A stretch of 64,000 nt of DNA from an uncultured Acidimicrobiales bacterium (lineage in GTDB: Bacteria; Actinomycetota; Acidimicrobiia; Acidimicrobiales; JANYDT01). The stretch is taken from the NCBI GenBank assembly GCA_963763885.1, contig CAVXQD010000001.1, forward strand, positions 497,262 through 561,261, written 5' to 3'. Each line of letters begins with the position of its first letter. Position 1 is the stretch's first letter. Both the position numbers and the translations under genes were made by a program. Of this stretch, positions 47,660-57,629 are shown piece by piece. Below the pieces are notes generated by a model. It was not told the DNA's origin, did no database searches, and saw only the letters and a list, made by a program, of their open reading frames with translations.

Positions 47660-48478
47660 ATGGCGACCTATCTCGATTCGATTGTGGCCTGGCATCGCCA
47701 GCGCGCCGAGGGGGCCGGGCCCGACCAGCGCGCTCGCTTGTTGGCGGCCGAGCGTGCCGCTGATCAACGGCTTCAGGAGTCACCCATGCGCGGGTTTCGC
47801 GCCGCGCTCAGCACTCCCGGGTTGTCCGTCATCGCGGAAGTAAAGAGACGATCACCGTCAAAGGGCGATCTTGCAGCCACGCTCGACCCGGTCGAGACGG
47901 CGCGTAGCTACGCAGACGGTGGAGCCGCGTGCCTCTCTGTGTTGACAGACACCAATCATTTCGGTGGGTCGGTCGAAGATCTCCAACAGGCCCGGAGCAG
48001 CGTTTCGCTTCCAGTTCTACGGAAGGACTTCACTGTCTGCGAGAACGATGTTCTCGATGCCGTTGCCATGGGCGCCGATTGCGTGTTGTTCATTGTCGCC
48101 GCACTCACTGACCCGGAGTTGGAGCGCTTCAATGCGGTTGCTCTTCGATTCGGCATCGATGTGCTTTGGGAAACGCACGACGAGACCGAAGTGCAACGAG
48201 CCCTCCGGCACGGCGCAACGGTGATAGGAGTCAACCAGCGAGACCTGCACACCTTCCAGGTGGACCAGGAGCGTGCCGTCCGGGTCGCTGCCTCAATTCC
48301 CACGTCCGTTGTGCGTGTTGCAGAGTCTGGAGTGCGTGGTCCACAAGATGCAGCGGTATTGCGCGCAGCAGGCTACGACGCCGTGCTCGTCGGCGAGTCT
48401 GTCGTAACGGATTACGATCGTGGCGCTGCTGTACGCCGTCTCATCGACGGGTCTGGCGACAGGTCGGAACTTCCATGA
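47660..48478 (+). CDS. trpC: indole-3-glycerol phosphate synthase
   Basis: Motifs are VIAEVKRRSPSKG, LSVLTD..FGG, LRKDF, VNQRDL and ESG. Confidence 0.93.
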   Translation: MATYLDSIVAWHRQRAEGAGPDQRARLLAAERAADQRLQESPMRGFRAALSTPGLSVIAEVKRRSPSKGDLAATLDPVETARSYADGGAACLSVLTDTNHFGGSVEDLQQARSSVSLPVLRKDFTVCENDVLDAVAMGADCVLFIVAALTDPELERFNAVALRFGIDVLWETHDETEVQRALRHGATVIGVNQRDLHTFQVDQERAVRVAASIPTSVVRVAESGVRGPQDAAVLRAAGYDAVLVGESVVTDYDRGAAVRRLIDGSGDRSELP

Positions 48479-49218
48479 CGTGGGTAAAGATATGTGGGCT
48501 TACTAACGAAGAAGACGCACTCCTCGCTATTGCCATGGGCGCTGACGCCATCGGCTTCATCTTCGCCCAGGGGTCCAAGCGTCAGGTCCAAGCACCGGTG
48601 GTTGCCGACATCGTGAAGCGGCTTCCTCCGGAAGTGACCACCATCGGAGTGTTCCGAAATGATTTGCCAGAGCGGGTGATCCGAACTGTCGAACGTTGCG
48701 GGTTGTCTGGTGCGCAGCTGCATGGACTCGAAACGGTTGAACAAACCGCCGAAGTAAGAGCCCGGGTGCCGCTCGTGATCAAGGCGTTCGCAATCGATGA
48801 CCCCTCCCTGCGTACCGCCCGGCGGTATCGGGTCAACAGCCTCCTGATCGATGCGCCAAGCCCGGGGTCGGGAGAGACGTTCGACTGGTCCCTGCTCGAG
48901 GCGCTGCCGCCGCAGATGAGATGGATCCTGGCAGGCGGGCTTCACCCAGGAAACGTTGCCGATGCAATTCGGGCAACCCGACCATGGGGAGTCGATGTTG
49001 CGAGCGGTGTTGAATCAAGCCCCGGCCACAAAGACCCGCGTCTGGTACGGGAGTTCATCAAGGCTGCCAAGAGCGCTGTCGCTAACGACGAGGATGAAGA
49101 AGAGGGTCTCGACGGCGGCTTATCTGGCCGGTGGCTGGATAACGATCCAGATGATGGGCCCGGCCGGTCCGGCGGTTTCGCCGACAGTGCGCCGTTTGAC
49201 TTCGAGGTAGATGGCTGA
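48475..49218 (+). CDS. trpF: phosphoribosylanthranilate isomerase with an acidic C-terminal extension
   Basis: ATGA overlap with trpC. Motifs are [34 protein letters not shown] and GVDVASGVE. An extra tail of about 45 aa follows: [12 protein letters not shown]...DFEVDG. Confidence 0.85.
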   Translation: MTWVKICGLTNEEDALLAIAMGADAIGFIFAQGSKRQVQAPVVADIVKRLPPEVTTIGVFRNDLPERVIRTVERCGLSGAQLHGLETVEQTAEVRARVPLVIKAFAIDDPSLRTARRYRVNSLLIDAPSPGSGETFDWSLLEALPPQMRWILAGGLHPGNVADAIRATRPWGVDVASGVESSPGHKDPRLVREFIKAAKSAVANDEDEEEGLDGGLSGRWLDNDPDDGPGRSGGFADSAPFDFEVDG

Positions 49219-49229
49219 CTCTGGCTCCG

Positions 49230-50504
49230 ATGCCGGATGTCGCCTGCCAGGATGGTGCCATGAACGCGCCGCAACCGCAGACCGGACCCTTCATGGGTTC
49301 TCCCAGCGACGACGGCCGGTTCGGTGAATTCGGGGGCAGATTTGTTCCTGAAACCCTGATGCCGGCTGTCCTTGAATTGGAGACTGCTTTCGTCGACGCT
49401 TGGGCAGACCCAGAGTTCCGCAGCGAGTACCACCGGATCCTGTGTGACTACGGCGGCCGCCCCACTCCAGTTTCGGAATGTGAACGGTTGTCGCAGAGGC
49501 TTGGCGTCCGTGTGCTGTTGAAGCGGGAAGATCTGGCCCACACCGGAAGCCACAAGATCAACAACGTCATTGGTCAGGCTTTGCTCGCGAAACGCATGGG
49601 CAAGCATCGGATCATCGCCGAAACCGGTGCTGGTCAGCACGGTGTGGCAACGGCCACGGCGTGCGCACTTCTCGGGCTTGAGTGCGTGGTTTACATGGGA
49701 GCGGTCGACGTGCAGCGCCAGGCGCTCAACGTGTTCAGGATGAAGCTGTTGGGAGCCGAGGTGCGTCCCGTGCATTCAGGTTCTCGCACACTCAAAGACG
49801 CCGTGAACGACGCCATGCGTGAGTGGCTTGCCAGCGTCGAAGACACTTACTACCTGCTTGGCTCTGTGATGGGGCCTCACCCATATCCGTGGATGGTCCG
49901 AGAGTTCCAGCGGATCTTGGGAGACGAGGCACGTGAGCAATGCCGCAAGATTCTCGATGGTAAGGACCCAGACTTTGTTGTTGCGTGTGTCGGTGGCGGA
50001 TCCAATGCGGCCGGTGCGTTTGCTGGTTTCGCTAACACCTCGGCAGCGCTCATCGGGGTCGAACCCGCAGGAGGTGCCGCAGTGGGCAGGGGAGTCCCTG
50101 GGGTGGTCCACGGGATGAAGAGCTTCGTTTTGCAAGACGAGTTCGGACAGGTCCAGGAAGCTCACTCCATTTCGGCCGGGCTGGATTATCCGGGTGTCGG
50201 GCCCGAACACGCTTATCTGGCTTCCATCGGTCGAGCTAAGTATGTGCCGGCCGACGACGACGAAGTACTCAGCGCGCTTGCATTGCTTGCCGAGACCGAA
50301 GGAATCATTCCTGCGTTGGAATCGGCGCACGCAATTGCCTGGGTGGCTCGTGCGGCTGACACACCAGAGTTGCCCGCGGGCTCGGTGGTCTTGGTGAACT
50401 TGTCGGGTCGTGGAGACAAAGATGCAGAGCAGATCATGGGAAGGTTGTCGCTCTGTCGCACACGGCCGTGCGTTCCTGCGTGCGAAGGGTGCCCAAACCG
50501 ATGA
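49230..50504 (+). CDS. trpB: tryptophan synthase beta chain
   Basis: Motifs are [31 protein letters not shown] (the PLP lysine), GGGSNAAG and NLSGRGDKD. The start may be 49260. Confidence 0.95.
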   Translation: MPDVACQDGAMNAPQPQTGPFMGSPSDDGRFGEFGGRFVPETLMPAVLELETAFVDAWADPEFRSEYHRILCDYGGRPTPVSECERLSQRLGVRVLLKREDLAHTGSHKINNVIGQALLAKRMGKHRIIAETGAGQHGVATATACALLGLECVVYMGAVDVQRQALNVFRMKLLGAEVRPVHSGSRTLKDAVNDAMREWLASVEDTYYLLGSVMGPHPYPWMVREFQRILGDEAREQCRKILDGKDPDFVVACVGGGSNAAGAFAGFANTSAALIGVEPAGGAAVGRGVPGVVHGMKSFVLQDEFGQVQEAHSISAGLDYPGVGPEHAYLASIGRAKYVPADDDEVLSALALLAETEGIIPALESAHAIAWVARAADTPELPAGSVVLVNLSGRGDKDAEQIMGRLSLCRTRPCVPACEGCPNR

Positions 50505-51322
50505 ACGCCACCACGCAATCAACAACCCAAGCAAACCCTGTGGGTCGTATCGAGGCTGCATTTCGTCACCGCCGCGACGTTGAAGGTCGCAAACTGCTGG
50601 TGCCCTTCATTACCGGTGGAATGACGCCGGACTGGACCGACTGCGTCCGTGCCGCTGCTGCGTCGGGAGCTGATGCCATCGAGATTGGAATCCCGTTCTC
50701 TGATCCCATCATGGACGGGCCGGTGATTCAGGCCGCGTCGGTGCAAGCGCTCCAAGGCGGCGCCACGCCGCTGTCGGTTATGGCGCAGGTTGCAACGTTG
50801 GACATCGGGGTGCCACTTGTTGCTATGACGTCGTACAACATTGCGTACCGTGCCGGGCACCACCGATACGCAAGCCTGCTCGCAGAAAACGGGTTCGCTG
50901 GGACCATCCTTCCTGACCTTCCGGTCGAGGAAGCAGCCGACTGGCTTCACGTCGCTGACCATCACGACATCGAGACGGTGATGCTTGCGGCACCTACGTC
51001 GTCGGGCGAACGGCTCAGAATTATTTCTGGGCTATCACGTGGTTGGGTCTATGGCATTGGTTCGCTTGGCGTTACTGGTGAACGAGCCAGCTTGGCTGCC
51101 TCGGCATCAACAATCGCCAGCCGCCTGAAAGCCGCCACGGATAAGCCTGTTCTCATTGGAATCGGCATTTCAAACGCTGCTCAAGCGGTGGAAGTTGCGG
51201 CCATTGCCGATGGTGTCATCGTGGGAACCGCGCTCGTTCGACGCATCCTGGACGGAGGCGGACCAAGCAGCGTCGAGGCCTTCGTTGGCGGATTACGACT
51301 TGGCCTCGATACCCACGGCTGA
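50501..51322 (+). CDS. trpA: tryptophan synthase alpha chain
   Basis: ATGA overlap with trpB. Motifs are [28 protein letters not shown] and GFGIS-like IGIGIS. Confidence 0.93.
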   Translation: MNATTQSTTQANPVGRIEAAFRHRRDVEGRKLLVPFITGGMTPDWTDCVRAAAASGADAIEIGIPFSDPIMDGPVIQAASVQALQGGATPLSVMAQVATLDIGVPLVAMTSYNIAYRAGHHRYASLLAENGFAGTILPDLPVEEAADWLHVADHHDIETVMLAAPTSSGERLRIISGLSRGWVYGIGSLGVTGERASLAASASTIASRLKAATDKPVLIGIGISNAAQAVEVAAIADGVIVGTALVRRILDGGGPSSVEAFVGGLRLGLDTHG

Positions 51323-51366
51323 GGCACGCTAGGGTTTTCCAACGATCCCCCTCACATGAGGCACCC

Positions 51367-52794
51367 ATGACTGACCCTTCCGTTCCGCACGAAGCTGCGG
51401 AACAACCCTCATCGTCCACTCTCGGCGAGGCTACCGTTCAACCCGAATCGGCCCCGGTCGAACCAACGGGCGCGTCGGTCCAGGCAGCTCCGGACCAGGC
51501 ACAGCCTGACGCTCCTGCTCCCGAACCGGCCGTATCGGCCGAGCTGGCAGCCTCGGAACCTCCGGTAGCTGAGGCGCCTTTGGCCGACCCAGCTGCTTCG
51601 GAGCCTGTGGCGGAACAAGCTGAAGTTCCTACGGCTGAGGTCGCATCAGATGAGGCTCCGGCTACTGAAGCAGTTTCCGAGGCTTCGGCAGAAGTAGTGG
51701 CAGAAGTAGCGGCAGACGTAGTGGCAGAAGAAGCGGCTCAGCCGGTTGAAGAGCCCTCCGATGGCGGTCGGGACGCAGGCGGGCTCCTCGCGTATCAAAA
51801 CGGGGACATCGTTCCAGGAGTGGTCACAGCCACGCGTGCAGACGGTCTCGATCTTGACCTCGGCGATGGCCGTACAGCCGTCGTCCCGGCCAGTGAAGCT
51901 GTTGCGGGCGCGGCGCCAGCAATTGGTGACCACCTCGAGGGCACGGTCATCCGGCGTCAAGGCACCGGGCGCTACGTCGTGTCTCCAAAGCGCGCTGCGC
52001 GCACCCGTGCATGGGCTCGTATCGTCGCCGCAAGCGAAACAGGCGAAGTCCAGACAGGTGTCGTCACCGAGACGGTCAAGGGTGGTGTCATCGTCGACAT
52101 TGGCATGCGCGCCTTCTTGCCAGAGTCGCTTATTGACGTGCGCCGCACCGGCAAACCAGCTGACCTGGTGGGCCAAACGGTCAGCGTGATTGTCATTGAA
52201 GCGACCAAGAACGCAGAACGGCCTGGCGAACGGATTGTCGTCTCACGCAAGCCGCTCATGGAGCAGGTTCGTGCACAGCAACGTGTTCAGCTCATTAACA
52301 GCCTCGCCGTCGGAGATCGTCGCCGCGGCAGGGTCAGTGCGCTCGTACCGTTTGGTGCGTTCGTTGATCTGGGTGGCGTCGAAGGGCTGATTCACGTCAG
52401 CGAGCTCGCTCATCGTCAGGTGGCAACTCCAGACCAGGTGGTCAAAGTTGGCGACGAGATCGATGTTGTCGTTCTCGAGGTCAACGCGGACCGGAAGAAA
52501 ATCTCCCTGTCACGCAAGCGTGCTCTTCCCGACCCGTGGGCGCAGTTCCAGTCAGCCCACCAGCCGGGCGACTTGGTTTATGGAACCATCACCGGCGTTG
52601 CCGCGTTCGGTGCGTTCGTGCGCCTCGACGGCCAGGAATTGGAAGGTCTGATTCACATCAGCGAACTGTCAAAGTTCCGGGTCGAGGATCCGTCCGAGGT
52701 TGTCGCAGTCGGCGAAGGTGTCTGGGTGAAGATCATCGAGATCACCCCAGAGAAGCGTCGGTTGTCGCTCAGCCTGCGGCGGGCCCTCGACTAG
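51367..52794 (+). CDS. S1 RNA-binding domain protein (RpsA-like) with a long low-complexity N-terminus
   Basis: About 140 aa of Ala/Glu/Pro/Val-rich sequence are followed by repeated S1 motifs (GVVTETVKGGVIVDIG, GRVSALVPFGAFVDLGGVEGLIHVSEL, GTITGVAAFGAFVRLDGQELEGLIHISEL). Confidence 0.8.
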   Translation: MTDPSVPHEAAEQPSSSTLGEATVQPESAPVEPTGASVQAAPDQAQPDAPAPEPAVSAELAASEPPVAEAPLADPAASEPVAEQAEVPTAEVASDEAPATEAVSEASAEVVAEVAADVVAEEAAQPVEEPSDGGRDAGGLLAYQNGDIVPGVVTATRADGLDLDLGDGRTAVVPASEAVAGAAPAIGDHLEGTVIRRQGTGRYVVSPKRAARTRAWARIVAASETGEVQTGVVTETVKGGVIVDIGMRAFLPESLIDVRRTGKPADLVGQTVSVIVIEATKNAERPGERIVVSRKPLMEQVRAQQRVQLINSLAVGDRRRGRVSALVPFGAFVDLGGVEGLIHVSELAHRQVATPDQVVKVGDEIDVVVLEVNADRKKISLSRKRALPDPWAQFQSAHQPGDLVYGTITGVAAFGAFVRLDGQELEGLIHISELSKFRVEDPSEVVAVGEGVWVKIIEITPEKRRLSLSLRRALD

Positions 52795-52818
52795 TAGTAA
52801 CCGCAACTGGAATCGTGG

Positions 52819-52850
52819 AACGGCCCGGGTCTACGCCCGGGCCGTTTTCA
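52819..52850. terminator. bidirectional intrinsic terminator hairpin
   Basis: aacggcccggg (52819-52829), loop tctacg, cccgggccgtt (52836-52846), then ttca ttt. It lies between the convergent S1 and WXG100-like genes. Confidence 0.7.
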
Positions 52851-52855
52851 TTTGG

Positions 52856-53140
52856 CTAGGCGTTGCCGCCTGCGGCCATGATGTCGGAGTTGATCCCCTG
52901 GATGCGCGCCCGCAGCGCTTCTAGAGCGTCTGCGCACGATGCGAGACCATTTGCCGCTTGCGGCCAGGTGTTGGAGCGGAAGTCCTCCGCAAGAGAGCCG
53001 TCCCACACGTTTGGGTCGGAGAGGATCTCCCCTTCAGCACGAAGGGACCGGATTTGCTCGGTCAGCCCGTTGGAGAGGATGGCTTGCATCCGAGTGATGG
53101 AGGTCTTGCCCTGTTCGCTGCTGAGTACCCGTGTTGCCAT
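52856..53140 (-). CDS. WXG100-like (ESAT-6 family) small helical protein
   Basis: 94 aa with a central NVWDGSLAEDF (W-x-G followed by an a..F pattern) and helix-rich flanks. AAGGAG lies 9 nt before the ATG. Confidence 0.5.
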   Translation of the reverse strand: MATRVLSSEQGKTSITRMQAILSNGLTEQIRSLRAEGEILSDPNVWDGSLAEDFRSNTWPQAANGLASCADALEALRARIQGINSDIMAAGGNA

Positions 53141-53180
53141 GTGTCGTAGCTCCTTATGAGATGTAGTGAAGACACATAGA

Positions 53181-53210
53181 ACAGTACGAAAGCACCTTCG
53201 TATCAGTCAA
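53181..53210 (-). promoter_or_regulatory. candidate sigma-70-type promoter for the WXG100-like gene
   Basis: The minus strand reads TTGACT (53210-53205), an 18-nt spacer, then TACTGT (53186-53181), in the most AT-rich stretch of the window. Confidence 0.35.
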
Positions 53211-53242
53211 GCGTTTTCAAGCGATCTCAGAGCATTTCATGT

Positions 53243-54910
53243 TCACACTCGGTTGGCTTTGCCGGGGAGACGTTTGCGCAATTTGCTGATCGTGGAACGA
53301 GAGCCGGTGGGATCACGAAGGATCTTGCGTGCTTCGTGTTCTTGACCTTCCATCCGAGACGCAATCAGAGCCCGTCGCTTTTGTAAGTCCGCATACGTCA
53401 ATTTCTCGACGTGCGCCTCCACTCCGATCGAGGCCTTGAAAGCCGTGATGTCAACACCCTGCGCCGAAACCGCGAGCCCAATATCCGAGGCGATCTGTCC
53501 TCCGTGATTGGTGGCAAAGTGCATGCCGATGTCGGTGAGCGCTGCAAACAAGTCCAGCTGAGGGGCGAGGGTTGCGATGGCACCATCCAGAAAGAGCAAG
53601 TCCTTCACGTAGAGCATGAGCTCCTTCGGCATCCGTGCCCCGTAGCCAAGAAGTGACTTGGTGATGTCTCTGACCTCGGCGATCAGCTCCTCGGGCTGCA
53701 TCTTGGTTGGGTCCTTGACGGGACCGTCAAGGTTGAGATCTTTGATGACTGCGTCAATGTCAGAGTCGGCCGGCAACGCGCCCAATTCGCAGAGCGCCTG
53801 GATCTGGAGCCTGATGTTGTTGGTGGTCCCAGCAAGCATCAGCTTGAGAAACGCCAGCCGCTTGGTTTCAGACAGGCGTCCCGTGATCCCGTGGTCAAGG
53901 AGGGCAACACGACCGTCTTGCATGACAAAGAGATTGCCGCCGTGGAGGTCGCCGTGGAACACGCCGTGGAGCATGACGCCCTCAAGAAAGGCAACCATCG
54001 AGGCACGGATAACAGCCTCGGTATCGATTCCAGCGCGGTGCATGCCTTCCACATCATCGAAGCTGAATCCGTCGAGGCGTTCCATAACCAAGACCCGTTT
54101 CGAGACCAGATCAGGGTGCGGACGGGGGACAACCATCGCAACCTGTTGGCCAGTCGATCGCAAGACTCTGGCGGTGTCCAGCATGTTCTGTGCTTCCAGG
54201 CGGAAGTCGAGCTCCTCCACGATTGTTTCTGCGAAGAGCTCCACAAGAGCAGGGGGATTGGCGAGCGAGCTGATTGGAATTCGGCCAATCAGGTGCGGGG
54301 CAAACCAACTCATCGCCCGCAGGTCTCGGCCGACCGATTGCGAAACGTTGGGACGCTGGACCTTCACCACGACCGATTCGCCGGTGTGGAGGGTTGCTGC
54401 ATGTACCTGGGCAATGGACGCAGCAGCGAGTGCCGTTTCGTCGAAACTGGCAAACACCGATTCAAGCGGCCGACCGAGGTCTTCTTCTACGGTGCACCGG
54501 ACCGAGGCGAATGGCTCCGGCGGCACACGGTCGCGGAGTTGGCGGAATTCTGCGACCAGTTCCGGCGGGAAGATCCCCTCGCCGGAGCTGATGATCTGAC
54601 CCATCTTGATGTAGGTGGGGCCAAGTTCGCTGAACGCGACTCGAAGTCGTTTGGACACCCCTGCGCGGCTGACGGAACCGCCAGCCGACTTTTCCTTCAG
54701 CTTCCAAGCCAGCAGAGCGCCGCCAAGGATGCGTCCGGTGCGCAACACTCGGCGCCCCGGCGGCAAGCGACCAGGCGTGGTGAGCTGGGGGACAAGGTCG
54801 TTGGTTCGGACACGAAGCGCGTCGATGCCAGCGGACCAGCTCAGCCGATGTTCATCGACCGCCCACGGTCCGTTGTCGGTAAAGGCGAATCGATCTGTAT
54901 CTGGTGCCAC
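53243..54910 (-). CDS. ABC1/UbiB-family atypical kinase
   Basis: Motifs are LGPTYIKMGQIISS, AAASIAQVH, VVKVQRP and HGDLHGGNLFV. Confidence 0.9.
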   Translation of the reverse strand: MAPDTDRFAFTDNGPWAVDEHRLSWSAGIDALRVRTNDLVPQLTTPGRLPPGRRVLRTGRILGGALLAWKLKEKSAGGSVSRAGVSKRLRVAFSELGPTYIKMGQIISSGEGIFPPELVAEFRQLRDRVPPEPFASVRCTVEEDLGRPLESVFASFDETALAAASIAQVHAATLHTGESVVVKVQRPNVSQSVGRDLRAMSWFAPHLIGRIPISSLANPPALVELFAETIVEELDFRLEAQNMLDTARVLRSTGQQVAMVVPRPHPDLVSKRVLVMERLDGFSFDDVEGMHRAGIDTEAVIRASMVAFLEGVMLHGVFHGDLHGGNLFVMQDGRVALLDHGITGRLSETKRLAFLKLMLAGTTNNIRLQIQALCELGALPADSDIDAVIKDLNLDGPVKDPTKMQPEELIAEVRDITKSLLGYGARMPKELMLYVKDLLFLDGAIATLAPQLDLFAALTDIGMHFATNHGGQIASDIGLAVSAQGVDITAFKASIGVEAHVEKLTYADLQKRRALIASRMEGQEHEARKILRDPTGSRSTISKLRKRLPGKANRV

Positions 54911-54929
54911 CCGAACACCGTACAGAGCC

Positions 54930-55769
54930 TCAAGTGCTTATCGGCAGCCGGTTCCGCCGGTTTACTCGTCCAACAGGTCTGGTTGTTCCTTGACGATCCG
55001 CAGCGTACAGCGGTTGGAAGTTGAACCATCCCGCCAAGTGGGATCCCACCTGAGTCTGGGTGAGTTGTGCCATTTCGTGTCCGATGTGAACCGGGGTGCC
55101 GGCGGCCTCCGCCATCAACTGCGCCTGGCATGACCGGTCCATGGTGATGAACCACCACACGGCCTCGTCCACGGACTGACCAACGGTGAGCAAGCCGTGG
55201 TTGCGAAGGATGACCGCCTTCTTCTCGCCAATTGTGTAGGCAATGCGCTTGCCTTCCTCGGTGTCAAGCACCACACCCGTGTAATCGTCGAAGACTTCGT
55301 GATCCTCGTAGAAGGCACAGACGTCTTGGGTGATGGGGTCAAGCTTGCGTCCGAGCGTTGACCAGGTCTTGCCATACGGCGAATGACTATGCGCTGCACC
55401 GATCACGTCCGGACGGGCTGCGTGGACCTGCGAATGAATGGCAAACGCCGCCTGGTTGACGGGCTGTGAGCCGTGCACGACGACGCCGTCGTGGCGTACC
55501 AGCAGGAGGTCTTTCACGCTGATCATGCTGAAGTGCATCCCGAACGGGTTGACCCAGAAGTGGTCTGTGAGCTCCGGATCTCTTGCAGTGATGTGCCCTG
55601 CGACGCCTTCGTCGAAGCCAAACCGCGAGAACAACCGCAATGAGGCGGCGAGGCGCTGTTTGCGGTGGAGCCGTTCTTCGTCAACCGTTCGACCGTCCAG
55701 AGGGCGGGGAACCTTTGCGTTGCCTGTGCCGAACTTCTGAAGCTCGTCTGCGGTTGGTTGGTCAGCCAT
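54930..55769 (-). CDS. class II aldolase/adducin-domain protein
   Basis: ATG 55769. Motifs are GHITARDP, IGAAHSHSPYG and LRNHGLLTVG. Confidence 0.85.
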   Translation of the reverse strand: MADQPTADELQKFGTGNAKVPRPLDGRTVDEERLHRKQRLAASLRLFSRFGFDEGVAGHITARDPELTDHFWVNPFGMHFSMISVKDLLLVRHDGVVVHGSQPVNQAAFAIHSQVHAARPDVIGAAHSHSPYGKTWSTLGRKLDPITQDVCAFYEDHEVFDDYTGVVLDTEEGKRIAYTIGEKKAVILRNHGLLTVGQSVDEAVWWFITMDRSCQAQLMAEAAGTPVHIGHEMAQLTQTQVGSHLAGWFNFQPLYAADRQGTTRPVGRVNRRNRLPIST

Positions 55770-55858
55770 GTGGTGAGCGTACGGAATTTGCAGGCGAACG
55801 CGCCACATGAGCTCCAAATAGTCCTGACAGGCTGTTAACAACAGGTTGTTCGACAGGC

Positions 55859-56713
55859 TCAGCGGGTGTTGGCCATCCCGGGGCCGGATTCACTCAGGCG
55901 TTGAGCTACCCAGACGGGGAGGATGGATAGCAGGAGCACCACAAGAACAATCACGTTGACCTTGGGGAGGTTGTTGGGTCTGGCGTAGTTGCTCAGAATG
56001 TACTGGGGAAGAGTCCTGAAGCCGGGGCCAGCCGTAAACGTGGTGACCACGATCTCGTCGAACGAAAGTGCAAAGGCAAGGATTGCGCCAGCAGCCAGAG
56101 ACGAAAGCAGCATCGGAAAGGTGACGTACCGCAGGGTGGTGAAAGTATGCGCGCCTAAGTCTGCTGACGCTTCTTCAAGCGACACGGGCATGCGGCGAAG
56201 TCTTGCCAGCACGTTGTTGTGAACGAGGACAATGCAGAAGGTGGCGTGAGCCACCACCAAGCTCTTCAAGCCGAGCGACAGCCCAAGGGTCCGAAACGCG
56301 CTGTTGAGCGCGATGCCTGTGAGGATGCCCGGCAGCGCAATTGGCAACACCACAACGAAGGAAAGCACGTCTTTGCCGAAGAAGCGGTAACGCTGCAATG
56401 CGAAGGCCAACAGTGTGCCCAATACCAGCGCAATGGCCGTAGCCGCCAGCGCGGTCTTCATGGAACCAGCGAGGGCGTCTCGGACCTCCGGGTCTTGGAA
56501 CGTTGGCTTCCACCACTTGAGGCTGAGCCCCTGGAGGATTGTTGATTTCTCAGTGTTGAATGCGAGAAGACCGGCGTAAATGATGGGCGTCCAAAGCAGG
56601 ACGACGACGAATCCAGTGAAGATAGCGATGAGGCGGCGGGCGGTGGAGGAGAGGTGCATGAGCGCAATCTGCAATTCACATGTTGTCAAGCGCACCGGTT
56701 GCGCGTGCGCCAA
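55859..56713 (-). CDS. ABC transporter permease (PotC-like)
   Basis: It has six TM helices with an EAA-type loop, ASADLGAHTFTTLRYVTFP. The start is possibly 56659. Confidence 0.9.
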   Translation of the reverse strand: MAHAQPVRLTTCELQIALMHLSSTARRLIAIFTGFVVVLLWTPIIYAGLLAFNTEKSTILQGLSLKWWKPTFQDPEVRDALAGSMKTALAATAIALVLGTLLAFALQRYRFFGKDVLSFVVVLPIALPGILTGIALNSAFRTLGLSLGLKSLVVAHATFCIVLVHNNVLARLRRMPVSLEEASADLGAHTFTTLRYVTFPMLLSSLAAGAILAFALSFDEIVVTTFTAGPGFRTLPQYILSNYARPNNLPKVNVIVLVVLLLSILPVWVAQRLSESGPGMANTR

Positions 56714-57545
56714 GCAGATACACGACCATGATCACCATTGGGATGATGGCTACTGCCGCTGCAAGGGGGCCGTTTTGCACAAAGTTGTCGTAGACAACCG
56801 AGCCGAGAAGCTGCGTCTTACCCCCAACGATGTCGACGGCGATGTAGTCGCCCAGCGAGAGCGAAAAGGTGAAGATGCTGGCGGCGACAACTGCGGGGGC
56901 AAGTATCGGGATGATCACTCGGCGAAACGTTGGCCAGGCATGAGCGCCGAGATCAGAGGATGCTTCCAAGAGGGAATTTGGGAGTCGTTCCAGGCCTGCA
57001 TATAGCGGCAGGATTGCATATGGAAGCCACAGGTATGCCAGCACCAACGTGGTGGAGGTAAGCCCAAACCCCGGTGAGGCACCCACAGCCTTTTTGATCA
57101 GTCCGCCCGAGGGGTCGAGAAATGCGCGCATGGCATATGCCTTGACCAGGTAACTGGCCCAGAGCGGCATGGTGACGGCCACGGTGACGATGCGTCGGAC
57201 CCGAGGAGTGGCGATCTTTGCAAGGTAGAACGCAACCGGAAGTGCCAAGGCCAGATCGAGAATCGTCACCACTGCTGCAACCGTGACGCTGCGCAGGACT
57301 ACTCGCCGATACACCGGGGTGGTGATGATCTCATCGAAGTTTCCCCAGCCGACATCCTTCACAACTGCTGTTGTGAAGGAATCCACCCGGTACAACGAGG
57401 TCACAAGCAACGCTGCCAGCGAGCCCAGGTAGGCAATAGCAAGCCACGCGACAGGTGCCACCAGCAGCGCAGCCAGCCGTACGCGGGCGTGCCGGTAGAG
57501 GTAGCCAGCGAGTGACCGCGCGACGGTGGAGGCAGGAGTGGTCAT
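56676..57545 (-). CDS. ABC transporter permease (PotB-like)
   Basis: The EAA-type loop is EASSDLGAHAWPTFRRVIIP. There are multiple TM helices. Confidence 0.9.
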   Translation of the reverse strand: MTTPASTVARSLAGYLYRHARVRLAALLVAPVAWLAIAYLGSLAALLVTSLYRVDSFTTAVVKDVGWGNFDEIITTPVYRRVVLRSVTVAAVVTILDLALALPVAFYLAKIATPRVRRIVTVAVTMPLWASYLVKAYAMRAFLDPSGGLIKKAVGASPGFGLTSTTLVLAYLWLPYAILPLYAGLERLPNSLLEASSDLGAHAWPTFRRVIIPILAPAVVAASIFTFSLSLGDYIAVDIVGGKTQLLGSVVYDNFVQNGPLAAAVAIIPMVIMVVYLLGARATGALDNM

Positions 57546-57629
57546 GACACGTTTCGGCGAGATGGAGAGGTGCTCCTGCCGGCCCGGTGCGGAAGAAACC
57601 GCGTCGAGCCAGCAGATGCGACATGTTTG

